A DNA stretch of 64,000 nt, taken from assembly GCA_963716395.1 (NCBI GenBank), contig OY970309.1, forward strand, positions 640,001 through 704,000, given 5' to 3'. Under the pieces are notes generated by a model that was given only the letters and a program-made list of their open reading frames with translations, had not been told where the DNA came from and did not search any database. The translations under genes and the position numbers were made by a program. Shown piece after piece: positions 20,902 to 30,398 of the stretch (its first letter is position 1; each line of letters starts with the position of its first letter). This DNA comes from an uncultured Fibrobacteria bacterium. Its GTDB lineage: Bacteria; Fibrobacterota; Fibrobacteria; UBA11236.

Positions 20902-21867
20902 ATGGCATCCTCGGCAATCGCCGGCGCGCGCAAGGCATTGCTGATGGCGCTTCTCGTGGGCGCACTTTCGGCGCACGCGGACGACCCGCGTCCGCCTTCG
21001 GGCATTCCCGCCATCGACAGTTTGCCGTTGCACGACTGGCAGGTCGACAACCCGCCGCTTTCCTATTCCAAGGCCCTGTTGCTCGGAGCCTTGATTCCGG
21101 GCGGCGGACAATTCTACGGACATCATCCGGTACGCGGGGCATTTCTCGTGGGCTTGGAAGGCGCGCTTTTCGGCCTATCGCTTTCGGCCTACTTCCACGA
21201 TCTGCCGCTCTGGGATCGCCAAACCAGCTCTTACCTCGACTCGGCTGACGCGGCCCTAGGCCGTTCGGCGCTCGACCCTTCGGCGCAAGGCGATTTCCTG
21301 AAATGGGTGGCGCTGGCGCGCAACAAAGCCGATACGCGTTTGCGCCAGGCCGATCTGGCCAATTCGGAATTGGCCTGGGCCATCGGTTTGCACTTTTACG
21401 GCCTGGCCGACGCGATGGAAATCGTGCACCAAAGCCGCGAGCCCAATCCGCCCGTGCGTTCGGTGAAGCGGGCCATGCTGTACGGCATTCTTTTCCCCGG
21501 CGGCGGGCAGTTGTACAACGGCCGCTACGGAAAATTCGGCCTGCTCTGGATGGGCTTGGGCGGCGCGGCGCTCTCGGCCTGGTCGCGGCAAAACGTGGTG
21601 GAGGCGCTCAACCGCGAAGTGGCGACGGCCGAGGCCGAACAGGCGCAAGGCCAGACTCCCCTCCAGGATCTGAACCAATTGCAATTGGATCGCACGCTCT
21701 ACCGTAAGCGCCGTAACCAATACTACTGGGGCATGTCTCTGTTTTATCTGTATGCCGTTCTCGACGGCATGGTCGATGCGGCGCTTTCCGACTTCGACCG
21801 CCCCAACCGCTATTCGCTGGGACCGGGACTCACGCCCCTGTCGGTGGCGGCCAATATTTCGTTTTAG
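20902..21867 (+). CDS. DUF5683-like membrane protein with two PGGGQxY repeats
   Basis: LIPGGGQFYG and LFPGGGQLYNG; LDGMVDAALSDFD. Confidence 0.65.
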   Translation: MASSAIAGARKALLMALLVGALSAHADDPRPPSGIPAIDSLPLHDWQVDNPPLSYSKALLLGALIPGGGQFYGHHPVRGAFLVGLEGALFGLSLSAYFHDLPLWDRQTSSYLDSADAALGRSALDPSAQGDFLKWVALARNKADTRLRQADLANSELAWAIGLHFYGLADAMEIVHQSREPNPPVRSVKRAMLYGILFPGGGQLYNGRYGKFGLLWMGLGGAALSAWSRQNVVEALNREVATAEAEQAQGQTPLQDLNQLQLDRTLYRKRRNQYYWGMSLFYLYAVLDGMVDAALSDFDRPNRYSLGPGLTPLSVAANISF

Positions 21868-22256
21868 CGCGCCGGCGCCATGCTCCAGTCAGCGCGGCCG
21901 TGAAGTTGGAAGAACTCGCGGCATTCGTGCTCGATGAAGGCCAGGGCTTCGGCGCGCGTGGGCGCGTGTTCGAGGTAGTCTTCCAGGCATTCGCGCAAGG
22001 TCGGCGGTTCGAGCACGCGCATCCAGCGGCTCAGGCGGAAGTCGAAATAGACGTGGCGGTGGTCCAGCGGATACTGGGCCGGGAGCTTTTCCATCAGGTT
22101 CCGGATCTGCGGAAAATCAAACCCCGCTTCGGCCAGCGGCAGGATAAACTGTGTGATCTTTGCATCGTTTTCTTCGCGATGCGTGCGGTATTCCATCACC
22201 GCCCAGGCGATCACGCGCCTCTGGGCCGGGCTCAGCCGATCCAGGCGATGTTGCAT
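21864..22256 (-). CDS. Hypothetical protein
   Basis: RBS GGAG before ATG 22256; GC3-rich codons; no recognised motif. Confidence 0.6.
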   Translation of the reverse strand: MQHRLDRLSPAQRRVIAWAVMEYRTHREENDAKITQFILPLAEAGFDFPQIRNLMEKLPAQYPLDHRHVYFDFRLSRWMRVLEPPTLRECLEDYLEHAPTRAEALAFIEHECREFFQLHGRADWSMAPAR

Positions 22257-22504
22257 TCCGCTTTCTCCAAAAGCGGGTGTGACGGGTATATCCATGGGAA
22301 TCCTCCGGGACATGGGTTGATGGTACCAATTCCATATCGGCGCGTTCCAGCCGAAACGAAAGTCCGATCGCGGCGGCCATGCAAACTTCATGGCTTACTT
22401 GACTCTTTACGCCAACCCGCACGCGAAGTTCACGGCGCGCGCGCCGCGGGCGATGGCGGGATTACATTAGCGAACGCGGCCGGCGTGACGGCCAAGGAGG
22501 ACAC

Positions 22505-23386
22505 ATGGCGGTACGCAGCATGACCGGCTACGGGCGGGCGGAAGAATCGGCCGCCGCTTACGGGGTCACCGTGGAAATGAAGTCGGTCAACAACCGTTTT
22601 CTCGAATTCCAGTGCCGGGCCTCCCAGGATCAGCTGTACCTTGAACCCCTGCTGCGCGCGGAAATCGGAAATTACGTGGCGCGCGGCTCGGTAACCTGCC
22701 ACGTGCATTACCAGCGCCACGGTTCCGGCGCCAACGGTGTCACCCTGAATGCGGATTTGTTCGCGGCCTACGTGCGCTTGACGCAGCAGGCGGCGCGCGC
22801 CGTCGGATCGGACGCCCGGGTGAACGTCGTCGATTTATTGCGCGTACCCGACATGGTACAGGACACGCGTTCCGTCGAAGCGCCGGAAACCGTGGCCGAA
22901 CGCATATTGCCGGTATTCCGCCGCGCCGTCGCCGAACTCACCCGTATGCGCGATCGCGAAGGTGAAGCGCTGGCCCGGGACTTGGAACAGCGCATCGACG
23001 CTTTTTCCCCGGCCTTGGACCGCGTGGCCGCCTTGCTTCCCAAACGCAATTCCGAAGTGGCCGCGAAATTGCGCGCCCGCATCGAAGAACTGCTCGCCGG
23101 CCGCGCCGCCGCTGAAGATCGGCTGATGACCGAAGTGGGCATTCTGGCCGAAAAGCTCGACGTGCAGGAAGAAATCGTGCGGTTGCGCGCCCACCTTCAG
23201 CATTTCCGCGAGACGCTGGCGCAACCGGCCGCGCCCGGAAAAAAGCTGGGCTTTTTACAGCAGGAAATGCTGCGCGAAGTGAATACGCTCGGCAACAAAA
23301 GCCAGTATTCCGACATCCAGCAAATCTGCGTGGGCTGGAAAGAAGATCTCGAAATCATCCGCGAGCAATTGCAGAACGTGGAGTGA
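22505..23386 (+). CDS. yicC: YicC/YloC family endoribonuclease
   Basis: VRSMTGYG, EMKSVNNRFLE, GKKLGFLQQEMLREVNTLGNK, IREQLQNVE. Confidence 0.93.
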   Translation: MAVRSMTGYGRAEESAAAYGVTVEMKSVNNRFLEFQCRASQDQLYLEPLLRAEIGNYVARGSVTCHVHYQRHGSGANGVTLNADLFAAYVRLTQQAARAVGSDARVNVVDLLRVPDMVQDTRSVEAPETVAERILPVFRRAVAELTRMRDREGEALARDLEQRIDAFSPALDRVAALLPKRNSEVAAKLRARIEELLAGRAAAEDRLMTEVGILAEKLDVQEEIVRLRAHLQHFRETLAQPAAPGKKLGFLQQEMLREVNTLGNKSQYSDIQQICVGWKEDLEIIREQLQNVE

Positions 23387-23394
23387 GGGCTTTA

Positions 23395-23600
23395 AGGGTA
23401 CCTCTCATAATCGGCCCGCAGTAGGCGGACGAGGCCTGAGCTTGTCAAAGGCCGAGGCCGAGCGAGAAGGTCGACGGTAAGGCGCGCGAGAAAGTCGATG
23501 TGGCTTGAAGATCGCTCCGCCTTCGTTGGACAACGAAGCCGGAGGCCTTCGCAGCCGATCGTCCGCCGCAGGCGGAGAATGTGATTTTTAGAGGTGCCGC
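23395..23600. mobile_element. MITE-like element B (206 bp)
   Basis: Imperfect TIR: left AGGGTACCTCTCATAATC, reverse-complemented right GCGGCACCTCTAAAAATC; flanked by TTA on both sides. Confidence 0.7.
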
Positions 23601-23969
23601 TTAATGCGGCTGCAGGCGCGCCTTGATCTCCAACGTGGTTCCGAATTCGGCCTTGAGCAGACGGTGCACTTCTTCCAAAGTGAGTTGGGTGGTGATGAGG
23701 TCGATTTCCAATTCCTGCGCCCGCTTCACCACCTTGGGCGCGGGAATGTGGTTGTTGGTGAACACGATGGCCACGATGTCGACTTCTTCGGCGACCTGCA
23801 TCAAGCGCGTGTGCACGAGGTTGGTGACCAGCAGCACATTGGTGAAATCATCGGTCAATTCGTTGGGGTCGGATCCGATAAACGCCATTTCCACCGAATC
23901 ATGCAGCAACTCGGGGCCGACCACGGTACCCTTGACGGTTTCGACGATAGTGCGCAAATCCGCTAACAT
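23601..23969 (-). CDS. DRTGG domain protein
   Basis: AFIGSD, VLLVTNL, AEEVDIVAIVFTNN, AQELEIDLITT. Confidence 0.7.
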   Translation of the reverse strand: MLADLRTIVETVKGTVVGPELLHDSVEMAFIGSDPNELTDDFTNVLLVTNLVHTRLMQVAEEVDIVAIVFTNNHIPAPKVVKRAQELEIDLITTQLTLEEVHRLLKAEFGTTLEIKARLQPH

Positions 23970-24238
23970 ATTGCTTGAGGCTCCGAAACGCGAAGGAAGG
24001 GGGGGTTAACCGCGCATGTCACAGAAAATGGGTCATGCCTCCTCGCCGATTCAATCCGCCGCCCTGTGTCGGCCATGTTCCGTGAACCGGCATCATTTAA
24101 AATTATTAAACCCACGGCGGGGTCGGTCAACCCGTAACAGCCGCCACGGATTAAAATATTAGCAGCCACGCAGCCCCACCATCATTCTTCGGCGATAAAA
24201 GCTCTATTATTAATCACACCCACCCGTCAAAGCCGCTT

Positions 24239-25204
24239 TTGGTCACCTTTACCTTACCCGCGTCGGACGAAGAGAAAACCCGGATCGGCGGCGAAGGCGA
24301 ACAGAATTTCGTCCGCCTGGAAAAAGCCTTCGGGGTACGCCTCTTGACCCGGCTCCCGGGAATCATCATCCAAGCCCAAAACGAATCGGCCATCCAGAAA
24401 ACGCGCGCGGCCCTGGAATGGATGCAAGGGGCCCTGCGTTCGGGCCAGCAGCTTTCCGAATTCTATATGGATGAGTTGCTGGGTCCGCCGCACGGTCCGG
24501 GACACCAAGGAGCCACGACGCCCGCGCCGGCTTTGGAAAAACCCATTTTGATCGATCGTTACGGCCATGCCGTACAGCCCAAAACCAAGGGACAGGCGCA
24601 TTTTCTGCGCGTCATCCGCGAGCACGATCTGGTGTTTGCGGCCGGACCGGCCGGAACCGGAAAAACCTTTCTGGCCGTGGCCATGGCGGTGCAGGCGCTG
24701 GAAAAAAAAATCGTGGAGCGCGTCATGCTTTGCCGCCCGGCAGTGGAATCGGGGGAAAGCCTGGGGTTTTTGCCCGGCGTTATCAGTGAAAAGATTGCCC
24801 CGTATATGCAGCCGCTGTATGACGCCCTGAGCATCATGCTGCCCACGGAAAAATTCCGGGAGTACTGGGATAGCAACATCATCCAGATCGCGCCCCTGGC
24901 CTATATGCGGGGCCGTACCTTGAGCCGCAGCTTCATCATTCTCGACGAGGCGCAAAACACCACCATCGCGCAGATGAAAATGTTTTTGACCCGCATCGGA
25001 GCGGGCAGCAAAACCGTGCTCACCGGCGACGAAAGCCAGGTCGATCTCGAAATCCACGCCAAATCGGGATTCGCCCATGCGCGCAAAATCCTGGCGGGCA
25101 TCGAAGGCATCGGCCAAATCGAATTGGGACTCGAGGATGTGGTACGTCACCGCCTGGTGCGCGCAGTCATCCAAGCCTATGAACGCGACGGGGCGCCGAA
25201 CTGA
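24239..25204 (+). CDS. phoH: PhoH family ATPase
   Basis: GPAGTGKT, RPAVESGESLGFLPG, LAYMRGRTL, ILDEAQNTT, DVVRHRLV. Confidence 0.93.
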   Translation: MVTFTLPASDEEKTRIGGEGEQNFVRLEKAFGVRLLTRLPGIIIQAQNESAIQKTRAALEWMQGALRSGQQLSEFYMDELLGPPHGPGHQGATTPAPALEKPILIDRYGHAVQPKTKGQAHFLRVIREHDLVFAAGPAGTGKTFLAVAMAVQALEKKIVERVMLCRPAVESGESLGFLPGVISEKIAPYMQPLYDALSIMLPTEKFREYWDSNIIQIAPLAYMRGRTLSRSFIILDEAQNTTIAQMKMFLTRIGAGSKTVLTGDESQVDLEIHAKSGFAHARKILAGIEGIGQIELGLEDVVRHRLVRAVIQAYERDGAPN

Positions 25205-25321
25205 GGGAAAGCCCGTATCCGGTCCGATTCCCGACTTGATCAAAGGCCGAATCGCGCTTAACTTTACCCCGCTTTGGGCCCTGCGCCGATTAGCAACGGC
25301 GAACGACAACGGACTTCAGCC

Positions 25322-25540
25322 ATGCAGCCTTTCTTCAGCAAAAAGAACTTTCTCGGAGTCGGAATCGCCTTGGTGCTTCTGGTCGTAGGGTTCTGGCTAC
25401 TGGGGCAAAAACCGGCCGGGAATAAATTGGCCTTGAACGTGGCCCCATTCGTGCTTCTCTTCGCCTTTCTCGTGGTCTTGCCCGTGAGCTTGTGGAAAGG
25501 CTGGAGCAAGCGGGAGCGGGATACGCGTGAGGGCGTTTAG
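25322..25540 (+). CDS. Small two-TM membrane protein (DUF3098-like)
   Basis: FSKKNFLGVGIALVLLVVGFWLL...LALNVAPFVLL; the stop codon lies inside tRNA-Val. Confidence 0.6.
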   Translation: MQPFFSKKNFLGVGIALVLLVVGFWLLGQKPAGNKLALNVAPFVLLFAFLVVLPVSLWKGWSKRERDTREGV

Positions 25541-25608
25541 CTCAGTCGGTTTAGAGCGTCTGCTTTACACGCAGAAGGCCGTAAGTTCGAATCTTACAAC
25601 GCCCACCA
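25531..25608 (+). tRNA. tRNA-Val(TAC)
   Basis: Acceptor GGGCGTT/AACGCCC, anticodon arm TCTGC-TTTACAC-GCAGA, TTCGAAT loop, CCA end. Confidence 0.97.
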
Positions 25609-25627
25609 AGTTGTTTTCGCTGTTTTC

Positions 25628-25704
25628 GGAGTGGTAGCTCAACTGGTTAGAGTACTAGCCTGTCACGCTAGGGGTTGCGGGTTCAAGTCCCGTCCATTCC
25701 GCCA
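25628..25704 (+). tRNA. tRNA-Asp(GTC)
   Basis: Acceptor GGAGTGG/CCATTCC, anticodon arm CTAGC-CTGTCAC-GCTAG, CCA end. Confidence 0.97.
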
Positions 25705-25835
25705 GCTTTTTTTGCGGCCGAACCCTTCGTCCTGATCGCGTGCGACGCACGCGGTGGGCGGGGTCGGGCGGCCCGATTTTTTTCACTTTCAATTTCTTCA
25801 TCCTTCGTCGCACCCCTGGGTATACTTTGTAAACC

Positions 25836-28067
25836 ATGAGCCGCTGTTTGCTTTCCACCTCGGAGTTGCACGAATTGGAGTCGGGCGAATGTGCCGATCC
25901 CTTCACCAAATTGGGCTTCCACCAGGTCGAAACCCAAGGCCGCACCATGGGATTGATCCGCGTCTTCAACCCGGCATTCCGCTCCGTGGAAATCGAGCAT
26001 GACGGCGGCGTCACAGCCTGTAACAACGCCTCGGGCACGGGCTGCTTTGAAGCCCTGTTTCCGGAACGCCGCGATTTCTTCGCTTACCGGGTGCGCGCCA
26101 CCCTGCATGCGGGCGAAACCACCGCGTACGACGACGCGTATGCGCATCTGCCCGTTCTCACCGATTACGACCTCTACCTTTACAACCGCGGCACGCATTA
26201 CCAACTGTGGAAAAAACTGGGCGCGAATTTCATGAAACATCAGGGTCTGGCCGGCGTGCATTTCGCCGTGTGGGCGCCCAATGCGCGCGGCCTGGCCGTG
26301 GTGGGAGATTTCAACGGCTGGAATCCCCGCAGCCATCTGATGCGTCGGCTGGCGGCTTCGGGTGTGTGGGAGATTTTCGTGCCCGGCGCATCTCCCGGCG
26401 CACGCTACAAATTTTTGGTGCATACGCATGGCGGGGCCCTGGTGGAAAAAACCGATCCCTTGGCCCGCGCCGCCGAATTGCGCCCCCGCACCGCCTCGGT
26501 GTTGGTCGACCCGGAGCCCTTTGCCTGGAAGGATCAGGCCTGGGAGGCCGGACGGGCGGCCCGGCATGCCGAGCATGCGCCGCTCAGCATTTACGAAGTA
26601 CATCTGGGATCGTGGCGGCGCTTCGGCGGCGACGGCACCTTTCCCACCTACGCCGAACTGAGCGAGCACCTTGTGCCCTATGTGCGCGATTTGGGTTACA
26701 CCCACCTTGAATTGCTGCCCATGCAGGAGCATCCCTTGGACGAATCCTGGGGTTACCAGGTCACGGGTTATTACGCCCCCACTTGCCGCTACGGTTCGCC
26801 GAGAGAGTTTAAGGCCTTTATCGCAGCCTGTCATCAAGCGGGCCTGGGAGTGATCCTCGACTGGGTGCCGGCGCACTTTCCCGTCGACCTGCACGGGCTG
26901 GAGTTGTTCGACGGCACCCAGCTCTATGCCCATGAAGATCCCCGCAAGGGGCAGCATCCCGAATGGGGGACGCGCATCTTCAATTACGGCCGACACGAGG
27001 TTTCCAATTTTCTGCTCGCCAACGCCCTGTATTGGTTCGAAGAGTTTCACCTCGACGGCCTGCGCGTCGACGCCGTGGCGTCGATGCTTTATCTCGACTA
27101 CGCCCGCCGCCCCGAGGAATGGGAGCCGAACTCCGAAGGGGGCAACATCAACCAGGAGGCGGTGGAATTTTTGAAGCACTTGAACGGCGTGGTCTCCCAA
27201 CGGCATCCGCACCGCCTCATCATCGCCGAAGAGAGTTCGGCCTTTCCCGGCGTGACCCATGCGCTCGACCACCACGGGCTGGGCTTCGCCTTCAAATGGA
27301 ACCTGGGTTGGATGCACGATTTTCTGACCTATCTGTCCAAAGACCCGGTGTACCGCAACCACCACCAGGATTTGCTCACCTTCGAGATGTCCTACGCCTT
27401 CAGCGAGCGCTTCGTCCTGGTGCTGTCACATGACGAAGTTGTGCACGGCAAGGGTTCGCTGCCCCGCAAAATGCCCGGCGACGATTGGCAAAAATTCGCC
27501 AATCTGCGCGCCGCCTTTGCCTATCAATACGCCCATCCCGGGAAGAAGCTGAACTTCATGGGACTCGAATTCGGGCAATGGAGCGAGTGGAACGTGAAGG
27601 GTTCGCTCGAATGGCATTTGCTCGACGCTTCGGCTGCCCCGTATCACCGCGGCCTGCAATGCCTACTACGCGATTTGAACCGCCTGTACCGCGGCGAAAA
27701 AGCCTTGCATGACTTGGATCTTTCCTATGAAGGATTTCAATGGATTGATTTTCACGATCGCGAACAGAACGTGCTGTCGTTCCTGCGCCGCGCCCGCGTG
27801 GGCGACACCGGCGAGCCGCCCGAAACCGTGGTGTGCATATTCAATTTCAGCCCGGTTCCGCGCCATCAATACCGCATCGGTGTGCCGCTGCCCGGATTCT
27901 ACGCCGAAATTCTCAACACCGATTCGGATCTTTACAGCGGCGGCAATATCGGCAATTACGGCGGCAAAACCTCGGCTCCGGCCTCGATGCACCATCTGCC
28001 GCATTCGCTCGAACTTTCGTTACCCCCGTTGGGGGCGCTGTATTTGCGCCACCAGTCTCAGCCTTAG
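25836..28067 (+). CDS. glgB: 1,4-alpha-glucan branching enzyme
   Basis: FAVWAPNA, IYEVHLGSW, SWGYQVTGYYAP, DGLRVDAVASMLY, LSHDEVVHGKGSL. Confidence 0.97.
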   Translation: MSRCLLSTSELHELESGECADPFTKLGFHQVETQGRTMGLIRVFNPAFRSVEIEHDGGVTACNNASGTGCFEALFPERRDFFAYRVRATLHAGETTAYDDAYAHLPVLTDYDLYLYNRGTHYQLWKKLGANFMKHQGLAGVHFAVWAPNARGLAVVGDFNGWNPRSHLMRRLAASGVWEIFVPGASPGARYKFLVHTHGGALVEKTDPLARAAELRPRTASVLVDPEPFAWKDQAWEAGRAARHAEHAPLSIYEVHLGSWRRFGGDGTFPTYAELSEHLVPYVRDLGYTHLELLPMQEHPLDESWGYQVTGYYAPTCRYGSPREFKAFIAACHQAGLGVILDWVPAHFPVDLHGLELFDGTQLYAHEDPRKGQHPEWGTRIFNYGRHEVSNFLLANALYWFEEFHLDGLRVDAVASMLYLDYARRPEEWEPNSEGGNINQEAVEFLKHLNGVVSQRHPHRLIIAEESSAFPGVTHALDHHGLGFAFKWNLGWMHDFLTYLSKDPVYRNHHQDLLTFEMSYAFSERFVLVLSHDEVVHGKGSLPRKMPGDDWQKFANLRAAFAYQYAHPGKKLNFMGLEFGQWSEWNVKGSLEWHLLDASAAPYHRGLQCLLRDLNRLYRGEKALHDLDLSYEGFQWIDFHDREQNVLSFLRRARVGDTGEPPETVVCIFNFSPVPRHQYRIGVPLPGFYAEILNTDSDLYSGGNIGNYGGKTSAPASMHHLPHSLELSLPPLGALYLRHQSQP

Positions 28068-28158
28068 CCGGGCGTCGAAAAACCCACTCCGACATGGGCC
28101 GGCGGGAAAGCTCCGGGCTGCAATGCGCCCCGGAGATCTTTCGACACGGGGAAGCGGA

Positions 28159-28479
28159 TTAACAAAAGGGCCAAAGGCCACCGAGACGTTTGGCCTGCAC
28201 CAGGGCGCCTTCGCGAATCACCGAGACCTGACCCGACTTCGCCTGGCCGCCCAAGGTGCGCGTGTTACGAATCATTTCGCCCACCACGCGGCCCAAAGCC
28301 ATGTCGGCGGTTTCAAGATCGCTCTCCGACATCCGCCCTTCGCGGCGCATGGTCAGGATTCCAGCGCCGATGAAATCGCGCACGTTCTCGGCGCAGGGCA
28401 CGGTGAACTCCAAGCCGGCGGCCTGCGCCGCATTGACGGCCGAGGCCCACAAGCGGGTTTCGATGGCTTCGGCGTTCAT
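28159..28479 (-). CDS. Small helical hypothetical protein ending LWPFC (possible histone-like fold)
   Basis: Clean ORF with GC3 bias; alternative start at 28500; fold is inference only. Confidence 0.6.
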   Translation of the reverse strand: MNAEAIETRLWASAVNAAQAAGLEFTVPCAENVRDFIGAGILTMRREGRMSESDLETADMALGRVVGEMIRNTRTLGGQAKSGQVSVIREGALVQAKRLGGLWPFC

Positions 28480-28541
28480 GGCTGCAGGGAGCGTTATCAT
28501 GGGCGTGATGCGGAAAAGTAGAGTAAATTGACCAAGACTAA

Positions 28542-28633
28542 AGGGTACCTCTCACCATCGCTTTTCGGCTACGGTTGGGCTACGGTCGGTCTACGTCCGT
28601 TTTCGCTCGCGCGTCGACGATGGAAAGTGCCCT
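28542..28633. mobile_element. MITE-like element C (92 bp), same left end as B
   Basis: Left AGGGTACCTCTCACCATCG, right CGATGGAAAGTGCCCT; flanked by TAA on both sides. Confidence 0.65.
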
Positions 28634-28733
28634 TAAACGAAGGCCGGCGAAGCCGGGGCGTTGCGCCTTCGTTTCATCACTGAAATTTTCGGAGCAAGTC
28701 GGGCCGGGCCTGTTCCGGGTTTTCCCTCCGGCC

Positions 28734-29369
28734 ATGGGGTTTGGCGTGACGCATGGTTTCTCCTTTCTGAAAAGCGCGCGGCGCACCCTCTTGGCGGCGA
28801 TTTTCCTGGGTGTGCCGGCCGCCGCCCAAACCTTTCTCGACGAAGGCCTCTGGGACGTGGGAGCCCAGGTGCAGGGATTTGTTGACGGCGAACCCGGTAA
28901 CGATTACCTGACCGGCGTCGATGTGGGGTATTCCAACTACGATCTCTATGAGCATCAGCTCGAATTGCGCTTCGCCTATCTCACCAGCCGGCCCGAAGCC
29001 TACATCCAGTCCCATAAATTTTCCGGATCGTTTCCGTACTGGACGAGCAAGGGCGATCCCGATTTCGGCGGCGTGGTGCGGCAGGATTGGTTTTTGCTTT
29101 CGCCCACCTGGCATTTCCGCCGCCGCGATTTTTTCGATCCCACGGTCGAACTCGACGCGGCCTTCCAGCGTTACGACACCGAATTCCAAGACCTCGCGCC
29201 GCTGCAAAACACTACGTTTGTATTCGGCGCCCGGGTCGGCCTGTGCCTCAATTTCGCGGCCGGCCGTTACACCCTGCACTACACCTTCGGCTACCAGGTC
29301 CCGACCAGCAGTTCGTCGATCGTGTACCCGTTGCCCTTCTCGCTGGGCCTGACCATGCTGCTCTATTAA
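28734..29369 (+). CDS. Outer membrane beta-barrel protein
   Basis: Signal peptide RRTLLAAIFLGVPAAAQ, amphipathic strands, terminal aromatic residue; start uncertain. Confidence 0.6.
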   Translation: MGFGVTHGFSFLKSARRTLLAAIFLGVPAAAQTFLDEGLWDVGAQVQGFVDGEPGNDYLTGVDVGYSNYDLYEHQLELRFAYLTSRPEAYIQSHKFSGSFPYWTSKGDPDFGGVVRQDWFLLSPTWHFRRRDFFDPTVELDAAFQRYDTEFQDLAPLQNTTFVFGARVGLCLNFAAGRYTLHYTFGYQVPTSSSSIVYPLPFSLGLTMLLY

Positions 29370-29383
29370 TAAGAAGGCCCCCC

Positions 29384-30346
29384 ATGCGAATCCGTCTTTT
29401 CCTGCTTTGCGCCACGGCCGCCTTGCTGGGGTCGGCCTGCCAACTCGACCCGGTGACTTGCGACCAGACGTGCGAAGACAGTTGGATGGGCGGCGGCCTG
29501 ATCACCGATTCCACCGCGCACGACTCCCTGTTGTCGGTGCGCCTGCCCAACCCCGACTCGGCCGATTTCGCCAAGCACGTCATCATCGCAGTGCACGGCT
29601 ATACCGCCACCACCTACGAGTGGAAAGAATTCAAAGATTCGGCGGAAGACTGGGACTCAACCGTGCTGGTTTCGGCCGTGCTGCTGGGCGGCCACGGTAC
29701 GAACTTCGCCGATTTCGAAAACAGCACCTGGCAGGATTGGGGACAGCCGATTCTCGACGAATACCGGGCGCTGGCCGCCCTGGGCTACAAGCATTTGTCC
29801 CTGGCCGGCTCTTCGACCGGCTGCACCTTGATTCTGCAATTCGTCCATGATCACGCTTTTGATTCGCTGCCGAAACCCGAAAACATTTTCCTCATCGATC
29901 CCATCGTGGTGCCGTCGGCCAAGATTCTGTCGGCGGTCGACTTTCTCGAACCGATTATCGCCAATAGCCCAAGCCCCGGCGACAGCACCGAAAACGCGCA
30001 TTGGTACGTGAACCGGCCTTCGCAGACGCTGGCCCAGCTCTACACCCTGATCAATCTGGTGAAAAACGAATTGACCGACGGTTTTTACCTGCCGGCGGGA
30101 ACGCGCTGCAAGGAGTACAAGGCGCTGTACGACGCCTCCTCCGACCCGGTCAGCGCGCTTTACATCGATAAGGGAATTCGCCAAAGCGATGGCAGCCGCA
30201 TTGAGGCCGAGATGGTGGACTCGCACCTGCACGTGTTCACCCGCCTTCTCGGCCGCGACCCCGGCAGCCTGACGGCGGCCGACACTTTGCTGCAGCGGCA
30301 AACCTTTCAAGACATGCTGGCGCGGGTCAAGGCGTGGCCGCAGTGA
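29384..30346 (+). CDS. Alpha/beta-hydrolase (esterase) lipoprotein
   Basis: Lipobox LGSAC, VHGY oxyanion motif, GSSTG nucleophile, late D and H residues. Confidence 0.8.
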   Translation: MRIRLFLLCATAALLGSACQLDPVTCDQTCEDSWMGGGLITDSTAHDSLLSVRLPNPDSADFAKHVIIAVHGYTATTYEWKEFKDSAEDWDSTVLVSAVLLGGHGTNFADFENSTWQDWGQPILDEYRALAALGYKHLSLAGSSTGCTLILQFVHDHAFDSLPKPENIFLIDPIVVPSAKILSAVDFLEPIIANSPSPGDSTENAHWYVNRPSQTLAQLYTLINLVKNELTDGFYLPAGTRCKEYKALYDASSDPVSALYIDKGIRQSDGSRIEAEMVDSHLHVFTRLLGRDPGSLTAADTLLQRQTFQDMLARVKAWPQ

Positions 30347-30398
30347 GCTACCTTTTGCAAGGGGCAGAAATATTGTACCCCCCAGGCGAGGAGACGGC

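Noticed and set aside
20356-21126. Overlapping extensions of cinA and the DUF5683-like ORF
   Set aside because: GC-rich read-through; homology begins at 20859 (-) and about 20902 (+).
25683-27365. Long antisense ORFs over glgB (similarly over PEPCK, tolB and the Omp85-like gene)
   Set aside because: Expected shadows from GC3-biased codon usage; no motifs.
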